A stretch of 64,000 bases of DNA from Octopus sinensis (GCF_006345805.1 NC_042998.1:64418001-64482000); one strand, 5' to 3'; shown: positions 26,361 through 40,009, counted from the first letter of the stretch. Notes: generated by a model not told the origin, from the letters alone. Translations and numbers: made by a program.

Positions 26361-26558
26361 GTGGAGGCGCAATGGCCCAGTGGTTTGGGCAGTGGACGCG
26401 AAGTCGTAAGAACGCGGTTTCGAATCTCAGACCGCGTATTGTGAGTGATTATTAAGCAAAAACCACCTACGCTCCATGCCGCTCCGGCGTTGGGTGGGTG
26501 GGGAAACCCGCTGTACACTTTCACCACAACTTTCTCTCACACTTTCTTCCTACTTCTG
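26361..26558 (+). mobile_element. SINE family B, 5' half
   Basis: GTGGAGGCGCAATGGCCCAGTGGTTTGGGCAG...GGTTTCGAATCTCAGACC...CACCACAACTTTCTCTCAC. Confidence 0.82.
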
Positions 26559-26861
26559 CCACAATGCAGAGGAACCATGCTGTAACACACTATAGTGTGG
26601 GAAACTTTCAGACCCTAATCTATATTGCGAATCCTCTGTACCTCAGGATGGTCCAGCTTTCCACCCGTTAAAAGCCACCGTTTACGAAATGAGGATTACA
26701 ACGTAGCTTTCGCACCCGTGCAACCACCAGTCTATCGCGTGTGGTGGGTGGATCTTCCAGTTGCCACACGCATCCTTAGTAGCTTAGAGTAAGGTCGAAT
26801 TAGAGATTATTCTTTGTGGCTAATGAATCCTGATTGAAGAAAAAGAAAAAAAGAAGAAGAA

Positions 26862-26918
<57 letters not shown>

Positions 26919-26920
<2 letters not shown>

Positions 26921-28299
26921 GCACGTAACAAGGTGTTAGCTATAAATTCCTTAGCAGTTCCAGTTGTTACTTATAGCTACAATGTGTTGAACTGGAATAT
27001 GAGTGAAGTAAAGAATATAGATAGAAAAATACGCAAGCTGCTGAGCTGTAATAGGATGCACCACCCAAAGGCAGACGTAGATCGCCTTTACCTTCCCAGA
27101 GCCCAAGGAGGTCGAGGCCTGATCCAATTTGAACTAGCTTACAAAACAACCACAATTGGACTGGCCAAATATCTCGAAATATCGAAAATCACGAGAGACG
27201 AAAGAAGCTTCATTCTATCATAAAGGAAAGCAAAAAAATTGCTATTGATCTTGTGCAGGATACCCAAACTGAACAACCCGAGGGAAGTACGGCAACTATT
27301 GTTGCAAAGAAGGGGAAAATGATGGCAATGAAAAAAGCGCACGAGCAATTGGCTGATAGGTGGGAGGAGAAACCTCTGCACGGCAAATATGTGACCCGCA
27401 GCAAACAAGCTGATGTTGACCAGAATCAAACCCATCAGTGGCTACGGAGCTCAGGGCTAAAAGCAGAGAGCGAAGGTTTCATCCTGGCTGCTCAAGATCA
27501 AAGCCTATTAACCCGGAACTACCAGGCCAATGTGATGAAAAATGGAGCAGACCCAAAATGCCGATTCTGCAACGACATGATTGAAACAGTGGACCGGCTA
27601 ATCTCTGGATGTAAAGTCTAAGCACCAGTGGAGTATAAATTAAGACATGACAGAGTTGGCCAATATCTCCACTGGCTAATAAGTCGGCATTACAATATCA
27701 AAACTGCCGACAAGTGGTATAATCACCACCCTGAGGCTGTAACTGAAGGAGAAAATGTAACCATTTTGTGGGACTTTCCAGTACATACAGACCGAACCAT
27801 CAAGGGCAATAAACCAGATATTGTTGTGAAAGACCAAAACAATAAAGTTTGCTTATTGATCGACATGAGCATCCCCTGTGATCATAATATCTCAGCGAAA
27901 GAGTTTGACACGCTCAGAAAATATAAAGACCTACTCATTGAAATTGAGAAAATGTGGCATCTCAAGGCGGTTACAATACCAGTGATCGTAGGAGCACTAG
28001 GAATGATCAAGTAGGGAACCGAAAATTATATGAGAATGATCCCTGGCTTACCATCCCTGCAAGAAGTGCAAAAGATTGTCTTAACTGGTACATCACACGT
28101 ATTGAGAAGAGCATTGTCGATGTGAGAACTGTTGCTGCTCATGTATTTTAATTTAACTTTAAAAAAAAATAAAAAAAAATGAACGAACTACTGAGTTTGG
28201 TTTAATGGCCTACCAATGTATACTATGAGTTTCTTTGCCCTAGGAGTCGGGAAGACACTCGGCAAGAAATGAAAGCAAATTTGAAAGAAGAAAAAAAAA

Positions 28300-28300
<1 letters not shown>
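26919..28300 (+). mobile_element. R4/Dong-type non-LTR retrotransposon (RT thumb, CCHC, PD-(D/E)xK endonuclease), 5'-truncated, between (AAT)n arrays
   Basis: AINSLAVPVVTY, MHHPKADVDRLYLPRAQGGRGL, WEEKPLHGKY, EGFILAAQDQ, CRFC..ETVDRLISGC, RHDRV, ILWDFPVHTDR..KPDIVV, LLIDMSIP. Confidence 0.9.
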
Positions 28301-28345
<45 letters not shown>

Positions 28346-28350
28346 TAATA

Positions 28351-28907
28351 AATGCCCTGATGTAGAACCAGGCAGTGGCTCTCATGGCTTCTGATCTTAA
28401 CTGATTGGAAGAGTTATCATGTACATTGTTTTGTCTTGGTATAAAAGATGGGCTACAGCAAATATTCTGCTCAATACCACAAATTTGCTTGTCAGTTGTT
28501 CGACCGTAACCAGTTGAGCATGTCCCTTAGTGGCTGACGATATGTGCATCTCTGATCACGAGCAGAAGTAGTGGAGGATCACCATAGCCATGTGTTGAGA
28601 GGAAATCTTCGGAGTTTGAATCATTCACCTCTGGAAACATGGGTGGTTCATTCAACATCCTTAAACAATCCTTATTCAGGAACCTTTTGAGCGGGATGGG
28701 TTACTCAACCAGAAGAAAATTCTAACTGGGACCCACCTGCAAAGTCATGTGCTATTTATCATAATATGAGATCACAATGTCGTGCACATATGGTTGTGAT
28801 GCATGTGCCTGGTGTACCTTTATCAGACGGGTAATCATGATGGGTATACTGGGCTTCGTATATTTTACCCCAGTGCCACGTTGATGGCATGCACTGCTCT
28901 CTCACTC
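28351..28907 (+). mobile_element. About 557-bp non-coding element embedded in (AAT)n (copy A)
   Basis: Runs AATGCCCTGATG...GCTCTCTCACTC-(AAT)n; near-identical to 29044-29599 and 42226-42782. Strand is nominal. Confidence 0.85.
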
Positions 28908-28987
<80 letters not shown>

Positions 28988-29043
28988 TAATAATAATAAT
29001 ATATAATATAATAATAATATTAATAATAATAATAATAATAATA

Positions 29044-29599
29044 AATGCCTGATGCAGTACCAGGCAGTGGCTCTCATGGCTTCTGATCTTAACTGATTGG
29101 AAGAGTTATCATGTACATTGTTTTGTCTTGGTATAAAAGATGGGCTACAGCAAATATTCTGCTCAATACCACGGATTTGCTTGTCAGTTGTTTGACCGTA
29201 ACCAGTTGAGCATGTCCCTTAGTGGCTGACGATATGTGCATCTCTGATCAGGAGTAGAAATGGTGGGGGAGCATCATTGCCATGTGTTGAGAGGGATTCT
29301 TTGGGGTTTGAATAATTCACCTCTGGAAACATGGGTGTTTCGTTCAACATCCTTAAACAACCCTTATTCAGGGACCTTTTGAGCGGGATGGGCTACTCAA
29401 CCAGAAGAAAATTCTAACTGGGCCCCACCTGCAAGGTCATGTGCTGTTTATCTTGATATAAGATTACCATGTCGCGCACATATGGTTGTGATGCATGTGC
29501 CTGGTGTACCTTTATCAGACGGGTAGTCATGATGGGTATATTGGGCTTCGTATATTTTACCCCAGTGTCACTTTGATGGCATGAACTGCTCTCTCACTC
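29044..29599 (+). mobile_element. About 557-bp non-coding (AAT)n-embedded element (copy B)
   Basis: Same termini and body as copy A. Confidence 0.85.
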
Positions 29600-29636
<37 letters not shown>

Positions 29637-29777
29637 TAATAATAATAATGATAATAATAATAATAATAATAATAATAAGAAGAAGAAGAAGAAGAAGAAG
29701 AAGAATTAAGACGAAGAAGAAGAAGAAGAAGAAGAAGAAGAAGAAGAAGAAGGAGAAGACGACAGCATGTGTAAATA

Positions 29778-29809
<32 letters not shown>

Positions 29810-30881
29810 AACTGTCAGTAATTGTCATTACAGTTATTTCCTTGTTATTCAGTTTCAATTATGCACCTCTGATGTAATCACTTCGGCAATCTAATTTTAC
29901 ACGCATAAGTGACGTTTTAATTTAGCATATAGGTATCTGGTAAAATACACAACAATTAAAAGAAATCATGTTACGTTTGTAACACATTCTTACTAAGTGT
30001 TTATATTATTAACATTTCTATTTTTTTAACGCTGTTAAAAATTAAATTTATCGCACAGTATATCTCTATGTTGCTAGATTTTTATGTATTTGCATGTACT
30101 TGATGTAACTCAATGATGAGAGTTCTGTGTCATTAATGTAAATCTATATTCGGACATTGTACTTGCAATTTTATATGAAGTATAATTTGTTTTGCTTTTG
30201 TTCACAACTTCTCACATGATGTTAGATTTGAAACTATAATTCGAAGTGTTTTCTTATTTATTCTGGTATATAACAATGTCTTTAATGCAAGAGAATAATG
30301 GAGGATACTCTTCAAATTGTTATATTATCAAAATATTTTGCAGTAGCAAAAGTTGCTTCTCTCTCTTGACAAAACCAGCATCATGAATGGATGAGTTTGC
30401 TTCCCATTCCTTTTAACAGACATTTATTTCAATGCTGCTAAAATATCATTTAAACACCAAATATAATCAAGCGACGGCAGAAGACTGGATGAAGACAAAC
30501 TTACTTGCCGTAATCTCATCGCATACACATTGTTTTTCAGCAAAACTTAAAGAAATAAAATAAAATTGACTGGTAATTAACTCTGAAATAACACCATACA
30601 AATATTATTGCCTTTATCCAAAGGTTATCATTATAGGAACGGAAAATAGATGTTCTTGAACACATAACTTGAATTTTAATGACTAGAAAGACATAGAAGT
30701 CATATACGAACCTGTTCAGGTTAGCTTTGTCAAATAAAGAGAAGAAATATTAATTTTTTCGTAATAGCTGGCATATGGCTCAACTATTTGTAACAGAATG
30801 AACTTCCCTAAAATACTATAAGAGCAGGCACTGGAGTTTAAACGGGAGAGGCAATAAGCGTACATTCGAAGACTACAAACA

Positions 30882-30957
<76 letters not shown>

Positions 30958-31073
30958 CGTTATAGTATCCATTCTACAGTTCTATATTTAAGAGATGATG
31001 AATTATGTACATTATTTACACTGTTTACATTATTTACATTTAACGGATTTCCGTCCTCATCTTGTTTTTTGTT

Positions 31074-31119
31074 AACACAACGTTTCAGCAGATATACACT
31101 TCAGCCTTCATCAGGTATC
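31074..31119 (-). ncRNA. Minimal PLE-type hammerhead motif (core intact)
   Basis: Minus strand GATAC-CTGATGA-a-GGCTG...CTGCT-GAAACGTT-GTGTT; stem I 5 bp with wobbles, palindromic ACGT stem III, stem II partly mismatched. Confidence 0.65.
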
Positions 31120-31137
31120 TTGGGGAAATTTCGAACC

Positions 31138-31191
31138 TTCTTCTTCTTCTTCTCTTCTTCTTCTTCTTCTTCTTCTTCTTCTTCTCTTCTT

Positions 31192-31222
<31 letters not shown>

Positions 31223-31257
31223 TTATTATTATTATATTATTATTATTATTATTATTA

Positions 31258-31293
<36 letters not shown>

Positions 31294-31927
31294 GTTATTA
31301 TTATTATTTTCATCATCGTCATCATCATCATCATCGTCATCATCATCATCGTAATCATCATCATCATCATCGTCATCATCATCATCGTCATCATCATCAT
31401 CGTCATCATCGTCATCATCATCATCGTCATCATCATCGTCATCATCATCGTCATCATCATCGTCATCATCATCGTCGTCATCATCGTCGTCATCATCATC
31501 GTCAACATCATCGTCATCATCATCGTCATCATCATCGTCATCATCATCATCGTCATCATCATCGTCATCATCATCGTCATCATCATCATCGTCATCATCA
31601 TCGTCATCATCATCGTCATCATCATCATCGTCATCATCATCGTCATCATCATCGTCGTCATCATCGTCGTCATCATCATCGTCGTCATCATCGACATCAT
31701 CATCGTCGTCATCATCATCGTCATCATCATCGTCATCATCACCGTCGTCATCATCATCGTCATCATCATCGTCGTCATCATCGTCGTCATCATCGTCGTC
31801 ATCATCATCGTCATCATCATCGTCATCATCATCATCGTCGTCATCATCATTGTCGTCATCATCGTCGTCATCATCATCATCATAATCGTCATCATCATCG
31901 TCATCATCATCATCATCATCATCATCG

Positions 31928-31963
<36 letters not shown>

Positions 31964-31972
31964 CCATTATCA

Positions 31973-32033
<61 letters not shown>

Positions 32034-32077
32034 TATCATCATTATCATTATCATTATTATTGTTATTATCATTATCT

Positions 32078-32132
<55 letters not shown>

Positions 32133-32166
32133 CATCATCATCATCATCATCATCATCATTATCATC

Positions 32167-32217
<51 letters not shown>

Positions 32218-32256
32218 ATTGTTCTTATTATTATTATTATTAATATTGTTATTATT
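31138..32256. repeat. Compound (CTT)n-(ATT)n-(CAT/CGT)n-(ATT)n triplet array
   Basis: Directly visible; explains the poly-H/R, poly-D, poly-I and poly-M ORFs. Confidence 0.97.
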
Positions 32257-32361
32257 CAGGTTGCTGCCTGGAATCGAACTAGGAATCTTGGGTTTAGTAG
32301 CCCGCGCTCTTAACGAATACGCCATATGAGAATGAGTACCCAGGTTCGAAAATTTTTCCAA

Positions 32362-32407
32362 GACCCCTAATGAAGGCTGGAGGGTATATCAGCCGAAACA
32401 TTATGTT
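32362..32407 (+). ncRNA. Decayed hammerhead motif in inverted tail copy
   Basis: GACCC-CTAATGA(G5 mutated)-a-GGCTG-gagggtatat-CAGCC-GAAACATT-ATGTT; perfect stem II, mutated core. Confidence 0.45.
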
Positions 32408-35400
32408 AACAAACGAGATGGGGACAAATATCCGTCAAATGTAAATAACGTAAATATTATCTATTTTGTTTAAAAGGAATTATAGGACACGATGTTATAG
32501 TAAATGCCATTTGGAAAGTAGGGAACTCATGAACATGCAGTTTGTAAAATTAATTTCGTAAACCCAGAGAAACGACTGATATTTTACTTAAGTGTAAAGA
32601 TCTATAGTTAGATTAAATGTTATGAGTAATATTTCAGGATTTTACGGTAGCGATTGTTCAAAATCGTTACCTTGCCGTAAGATTTCCGATAATTCACCGC
32701 TCTCTATTGATAGTTTTTCTTTATATATGTAACTTGGAATGGGTTTTAACGTCTCTACGTCTTGATTTCAAATTCCATCGGTATCGACTTTGCATTTCTT
32801 CATGTCGGGAACGGTGGAATATGTTCCAGTTGAAGACTAGTTCGATTTAATCGAATTACCCCCTACACCGACCGTGCTGGCTTTGAGGAAGTTAACTTTG
32901 TAATGAGAATACAGGAATATGAAAATTATCCTCTACTGCGAGTACAAATCACCAAGAGTCTCAAAGTTTCACATTCTTCAAATCTAAATCCTGAATTATC
33001 CTGAAGATAGATAATTTTGAATATCAGTTGTAGCGGTTATGTAATATAGTCAGAAAAGTGTGAAGCAATGATAATATATATTCTTTCAATATCTTCACTC
33101 ATTATTCTATCTATTTTTTTTTATTTTCGATCATCGGAAAATTGAAAACTTCTAAATTGGATAATGCGATATTTTTTCGTATCATATTTTCCTTCCTTTT
33201 ACTCGTTTACATGTTGTTTCATTATAATGCGCAAGAAGTAAGATAAGCATATCAAAGAACAAACATCAAATAATTATTTGGAAGTATGAAACATGACTCC
33301 ATTTAATTGCTTTCCAGAAAGGAAGTACAGCGCGTGTATATAAATATTATCTGTTAACATACATAGAATTTTTAAATGTAAACAAAAACTTAGACATAAA
33401 TATTTGGTTAATACCTTGTATATATTCCAAAGAATCTGTTTAAAGTATGATGCACCACGTGGATAGGCTTATTTATTGGCGAATTACACAAGAGAACCTC
33501 ACAAATCAAGTGGAAAAGCTACTTATTGTAAAGGGCTATGAAAAAGCGGAAGTTAAGATAAAAAGATTGAGTTTAATTTAGGTTTCAAAGAGTTAAGGAA
33601 ATAAAGAGTAGAAAAACAGCGAGCTGGAGAGGGAGGTCGAATGTCTGGCAGTTCGAGGAGAAAGCTACTAACGTAGAAAGACCTCGTTAGTTGTGGAAAC
33701 ACGACGGTATTATGATGAAGATGGTGTGAGTTTCGAGCCAGGCGATATGACCCAGAGCGATATGGAACTAAGTGAGAAAAGTCATCAGAGAGCTCCGTGG
33801 CAATAACGATAAAAAAAAAGGCTACAACTGGTACCGTCACGATGATCTGACAAAAGCTGTAATGTTGAAATAAGGGAGGAACCTTTCAACTTACAGACTT
33901 ACTTCTGAACCCATCAAATAGACCCAAGTGACAACGTGGTGCACCTGTTCAGATATGACCATGAAAGGACGAATTTTGGACATGTTTCACATGTCACGGA
34001 TGTAATGTAGTCCTTTGAACTATAGAGTGACCCAGCCTTACTTGAAACAGGCCACCCAGTTTGTTCTAAGTAATATTCTCGAGAAATATCAGGTGAGAAA
34101 GTAAGAAGTTCAAAAGAATACAATTCCTCAAGTCCTTTAACTATCTCAGCATCTGATACCTAAAATCTAAAACTTACATAAATGTAAAGAAGATAGTGAT
34201 ACCGCTGCCAACTGAAGGATATGTGTTTGATTTTTTCCAAGGTTGAAAGTTACTAGCAATTTCTGCCCCGTCTCTTATCACCCTGTAGATTCACCTCAAG
34301 ACTAGCAGAAATTTCCATCCGTTTGAATTGAGAGCGATTGCGAGAAACACCGGATTAAAGACTAATATCGTCAATAGAAATACTGATAAATTAAAGAACA
34401 TTGACTGGGAGCTCTCTCAGGGAGTAGAGAAATACAGTTGAACCAAGATCAGAGGTTTGAGGAACTCCGGCATTCATAGAATGCTAAAAATATGTAACTC
34501 CGTCCAGAGACACATAAACGGAATGACCAGCAAAATGACGTGATAACATTAAAAAAATTTCCACATATAACATAGACAGAGAGTCTATGGATAAACTAGT
34601 ATGCTAAACCCTATTGAATGTTTTGGATTTATCCAGAGTTACACGATCTTCCTCTGATTTATCTATCAATCGGTAGTTGAGGTCTGTAGTAACATTCGGT
34701 AAATAAGTAGCAGAACGTGAGACCCGAAAGTCATACCGAACACCGGGTCCTAAGCTTGCAAGAAACTCAACCAACCTGCTGTTGAGCTGTTCAAAGACCT
34801 TGGTATGAACCGAGCGGGGACTAACAGAACAATATTTGTATGGATTTCAATGATCTCCATCGTTCTTAAAAAGAATAGCAACCTGATGTATGCACATTGC
34901 TAAGCATTTACCGATGGATAATATTGTTTTGTTATGGCTGTACTTAATAACATCACGTTGGAAATCACACATATTCCCGCTTACTCACTCAGTTATCTTA
35001 TCATGGCTTATTTTAAAATAATAATATTTAACTTTGTGTGCTGGGATACACACCGTTAAACATTGATGCAATATACGATTTATGAAAGATTGGTTTACAG
35101 TGTAAAGTACTATCGAAAAGAAAAATCTGAAATCTATTATTCAATAATACCAGCCTATTTGATATTCTCACTCTACCATGGAGAGGTGTACTTGACACAC
35201 ATATACACATACACATACACACACACAGACACACACACAAACATATACAGACAGACACACACACACATATACTACACTCCGGAAGCTTCATTTGGATTTC
35301 ACGAAATTTTGTTGCAAACATCCAGTAGTATATGTATTGTTACCTTTTAATATTGCTCGAATTAGGAGTCAGTTTTCGGATGAAACATTTGGTGCCGTAT

Positions 35401-35549
35401 GTAAACGAAATATATATGACTGCGTCATACATATAGACACGAATATATATATTTATCCACAAATATTACCTCATTCCGCTTGCATCTACATGTACCATCA
35501 TCATTATTAGCAATGTTTTGAATCTGAATTCTAGGACCATATAATGTCA

Positions 35550-35700
35550 GTAGTAGCAGCAGCAGCTGCTAGTAGTAGTGGTGGTGGTAGTAGTAATAGT
35601 AGTAGTAGTAGCAGCAGCAGTAGTAGTAGTGATAGCAGCATCAGCATCAGCAGCAGTAGTAGTAGCAGCAGTAATAGTAGTAGTAGCAGCAACAGCAGCA
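35550..35700. repeat. (AGT/AGC)n triplet microsatellite
   Basis: Directly visible; source of the poly-S/V ORFs. Confidence 0.95.
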
Positions 35701-35767
35701 GAGATATTTATCATCTTAGTCAATATTTTAGATTATAAACGCTTTTACCGACATATATGTATTTGAA

Positions 35768-36030
35768 TCTCTCTCTATATAAAAGGCAGTTTGTCTGTCT
35801 GTGTGTCTGTCAGGTTGTACCCTCACCCTGACCACGGCTTTCAACCGATTCTGATGAAACTTGACACACACATAGACCAACGGCATAATTCAAAACTAAC
35901 GCAGCGAAAATTTTGAAAAGTTCCCCCAGTTCTGAAAAAAATCGATAAATTCGACATGTAAAAAGGTAAAGGGCATTGCTTATCGACAAAGTTTCTTACG
36001 TACCCGGACAACGCCGGGCTATGCTGCTAG
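35768..36030 (+). mobile_element. Non-autonomous Helitron, complete termini
   Basis: 5' TC after host A (TCTCTCTCTATATAAAAGGCAGTTTGTCTGTCTGT). 3' hairpin CCCGG-acaacg-CCGGG (36003-36018), then CTAG (36027-30) before host T. No TSD. Confidence 0.72.
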
Positions 36031-36099
36031 TATAACTATAAGCCTATTACTTACGGAGCAGAAACTTCCGGCATTCCAAACGGTATTACATCACCTGAT

Positions 36100-36800
36100 A
36101 ACATTAAACATTACTCTACAGTGTCCCTTACAAATTCCTTACTGGAAGGCAAATTCAAAGCTCTTCTTGTCTAATATGCTGAGGAAACTCTAGATCCAAA
36201 TTATACGCCAAATATACTTAACCCAAGCTGTAATACCAGCCTTCAAAGAGTAAAAGCGATCATTTGCAGTTAAGTATGCCAAGATTTCCATTACTACCCA
36301 TACCAAAGTTATAAATAGAGAGTTAGATTACGAATAACTACATTCCTTGAGAACAACTGTCCTCTAGAATCTAATCTGTACAGCATAAAGAGTTTCAAAT
36401 ATTTCCTAACCAGTTCCAACATCATTTGATATAATTCCAAAAGATTTCAGAACATACTAAACGCAGATGTCATGATTCTTGACTTGGAAAATTCCTAATA
36501 ATTTCCAGCATGATTTTGCTAATACTCCAAATCATTTAGAAGTGTTAATGGTAAATTCAATGGTAAATCACCTGCACAGAGTGGAGAGTCCCATAGTGAA
36601 CAGAACGCAAAACATGATCAATGAAATCCACAAAAGCCCTTCGAATGTGTTCTCCTTCAAGTGACTGATTTGGAATTCCTTCTCTTCATAATATGCAAAA
36701 ACAACATCGCAAATATCAAATGAAGCAGCAAGATATATTCCCAATAACTCAAGGAGAGAAGCAGATTATTGAATAAAATCTGTCTCTGATCTAAGTGCTG
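36100..36800 (+). pseudogene. Possible ancient L1/Tx1-type RT remnant
   Basis: Degenerate CPLESNLYSI (cf. GCPLSPLLFNI) and NADVMILDLENS (cf. FADDMILYLENP) in the correct order; many stops. Confidence 0.3.
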
Positions 36801-36834
36801 TAAATAATCCTTTCTAGTATAGAATTAAGGCCTG

Positions 36835-37020
36835 AAACTTGGTGTGAGGGGCCACGGTGATTATATCACTGACCAAGAAGTACATCTTTCATCGACTGCA
36901 AAAGGATAAAGAGCAAACTCCATCTCGACGGAATTTGAACTCATTACATAGATACAGGAGGGCGAAATGCTGTTCAGAATTTTGTTCAGCGTGCTAATGA
37001 TTCTGAAATCTCATCGCCTT
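36835..37020 (-). mobile_element. SINE family C, diverged
   Basis: ...AAGGATAAAGAGCAAACTCCATCTCGACGGAATTTGAACTC...GTGCTAATGATTCTG matches the family C reverse complement. Confidence 0.6.
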
Positions 37021-37120
37021 AAATCATATAAATACTCATTTCGACCGTAGATAAAATGTTTGAACTTTTGCGAGAGAGTGCCTCGTCCATTACAGCGACT
37101 CCAGTGTTTAACTCAATGAT

Positions 37121-37240
37121 ACTCCGTCGGTTACGAAGACGGTGTTCCGGCTGATGTGATCAACGGAAGAACCTCTTCATTAAATTGATGTGCTAATGCT
37201 TGAGCACTCTACAAACGTACGAACCCTTAATTTGGATCTC
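37121..37240 (-). mobile_element. SINE family B tail remnant
   Basis: ACTCCGTCGGTTACGAAGACGGTGTTCCGGCTGAT.TGATCAACGGAA resembles 51062-51115. Confidence 0.55.
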
Positions 37241-37879
37241 GGTGTGTTTCGGTTTGAAACATTGTGAGAAGTTTATCTCTTTGTATCACAAGAGCTACTC
37301 GCTTTTACCAGCTCAGTGTACTGGATTATCGGGCAACAGTTTCCTAAGTGTGGTTGAAGAAAAAGTAAAAGAAGCGCTGATGGTAATTAGCTCCACAGAG
37401 TGGAAACTACATAGCGTAAAGAGCATCCTACTTGCCACATCGACATTGTTATTGATGCGGCACTCCAAGTGACGTTTCCATCAACAATTATTCAGTTAGA
37501 TTTTATGAACGATTATCTCGACACAATGCCACATAATATATTATCATATTATCCTTATGAAAGATTATGAGCATCCTAAGATAGTGCTGTTGAGTCTGTG
37601 TACGAACTAACGCTGATGCGGCTATCACAAACACACACACGCACATACACACACACACACTCATATATATATATATATATAAAGGAATACAAAAAAAGGG
37701 ACAATAAAAGACACTGACGGGTCATTCGAGGTTTCCTTTCCTCAGTCGAGTTCCAGGTTATCTTCTTTGAAAATTCGGCTGGTTATACTCGGATTTGCTA
37801 TATATATATACATACAGAAACAAACAAACATTCATTCATGCATATATATATACACACACATATCTATATATATGTATGT

Positions 37880-37965
<86 letters not shown>

Positions 37966-38784
37966 AAATGTGGATATATACTTTTAGATATCAAAAAGAG
38001 TCAAACATTGTCTCAAAATATTAAATTGGTAAAATTGGAGATGCTAACCAAAAAATTTTGTATGATGTATCAGAATTTATATCAAAATGTATAGACCATA
38101 AAATATATGAAACCGTAAAAAAATTGCTTCGATGCAGTTGCCTAACTAGTTGAAAAAAGTACGTTTGAAACCAGTGAAATTTTGGATCTGCATTTCGCGA
38201 TTCTGCAAATTATTGGCATTTATTTTCTTTTTATTTCAGTTAACCATCAAAAGTTTTGATTTAAATGCATTTTTCAAATGCAAAAGTTAAGTATTGGTAA
38301 AAAGTTGAAGCCCATTTCAAATGATATGGATTTGGAAAAACGACACAGAAACACGTCTGTGGCGGATATTGAATTTGTGTGAACATATTTATAACATAAA
38401 AGATTATTACAAATTTGAGCAGAAAGTATATTTTTATTCTAGTATTCTTTTGATGTTCCCTAACCTACAAATTTTAGCACTAAGATAACAGTTACATATT
38501 TCGTTTGTTGGGCAAATATATGTATTGACTGCATCGCACATTCTCTTTGTCGTAAACATACACACAGATGAAAACATTCCTACGAATACACTCAAATATA
38601 TGATCTATTATACGAGGAGGGGAGTGAAAGTAGTGGTAAGTGGTAGCATTACATAATACATGAGTCGTTGTAAAATGCAATACTTGATAAAATGAATTTG
38701 AAAGGCAGTGAATAAGAGATGAAGCGCGCCTAAATCAATAATAATAATAATAATAGTAATATTTTTTTCGAATTACTACACACG

Positions 38785-38960
38785 CCAGACATTTTAGAGG
38801 GCGAAATACATTATATCGATCCAGTACTCAACTGGTACTTATTTTATTGACCCGAAAAATGAACCACAAACTCAAAATCAGTGGCGCTTGAACGCAAAAC
38901 AGTAAGTCCGACAACGTGCCGCTAAGCATTTTGTACGGCGTGCAAATAATTCCGCTAGAC
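38785..38960 (-). mobile_element. SINE family C, diverged
   Basis: CCAGTACTCAACTGGTACTTATTTTATTGACCCGAAAAATGAA...CCGCTAAGCATTTTGTACGGCGTGC. Confidence 0.65.
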
Positions 38961-38967
38961 CCTACCC

Positions 38968-39840
<873 letters not shown>

Positions 39841-39924
39841 AATAATAATAATAATGACGATGATGATGATGATGATAATAATAATAAGATTAATAATAAT
39901 AATAATAAAAAAAATAAAAATAAA

Positions 39925-40009
<85 letters not shown>

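Larger units (their letters stand above)
30976..32455 (-). mobile_element. tRNA-head / microsatellite / hammerhead-tail element with inverted 5' tail copy (copy 1)
   Basis: Minus-strand head 32257-32328 (A box TGGCGTATTCG, B box GTTCGATTCC at 32270-79), 1.1-kb triplet spacer and minus-strand tail 30976-31137, plus a second tail on the + strand at 32329-32455. Confidence 0.78.

Noticed and set aside
28351-29760. Repeat-spacer alternation superficially like a CRISPR array
   Set aside because: The repeats are variable-length (AAT)n and the 'spacers' are 557-bp near-identical mobile copies; eukaryotic context, no cas genes.
32257-32328. tRNA-like sequences as genuine tRNA genes (also 1292, 23090-23167, 26361, 48016, 51350-51424)
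   Set aside because: They have A/B boxes but no acceptor-stem closure and run directly into repeat bodies; they are SINE heads.
31062-32361. Four 355-414 aa ORFs (poly-His/Arg, poly-Ile/Val, poly-Met, poly-Asp/Asn)
   Set aside because: Produced by stop-free triplet arrays open in several frames on both strands; no non-repetitive coding flanks or splice context.
33590-34950. Relatively complex region with short peptides (VVETRRYYDEDGVSFEPGDM...)
   Set aside because: Stops in all frames and no diagnostic motif; possibly an old retroelement, but I cannot support a call.
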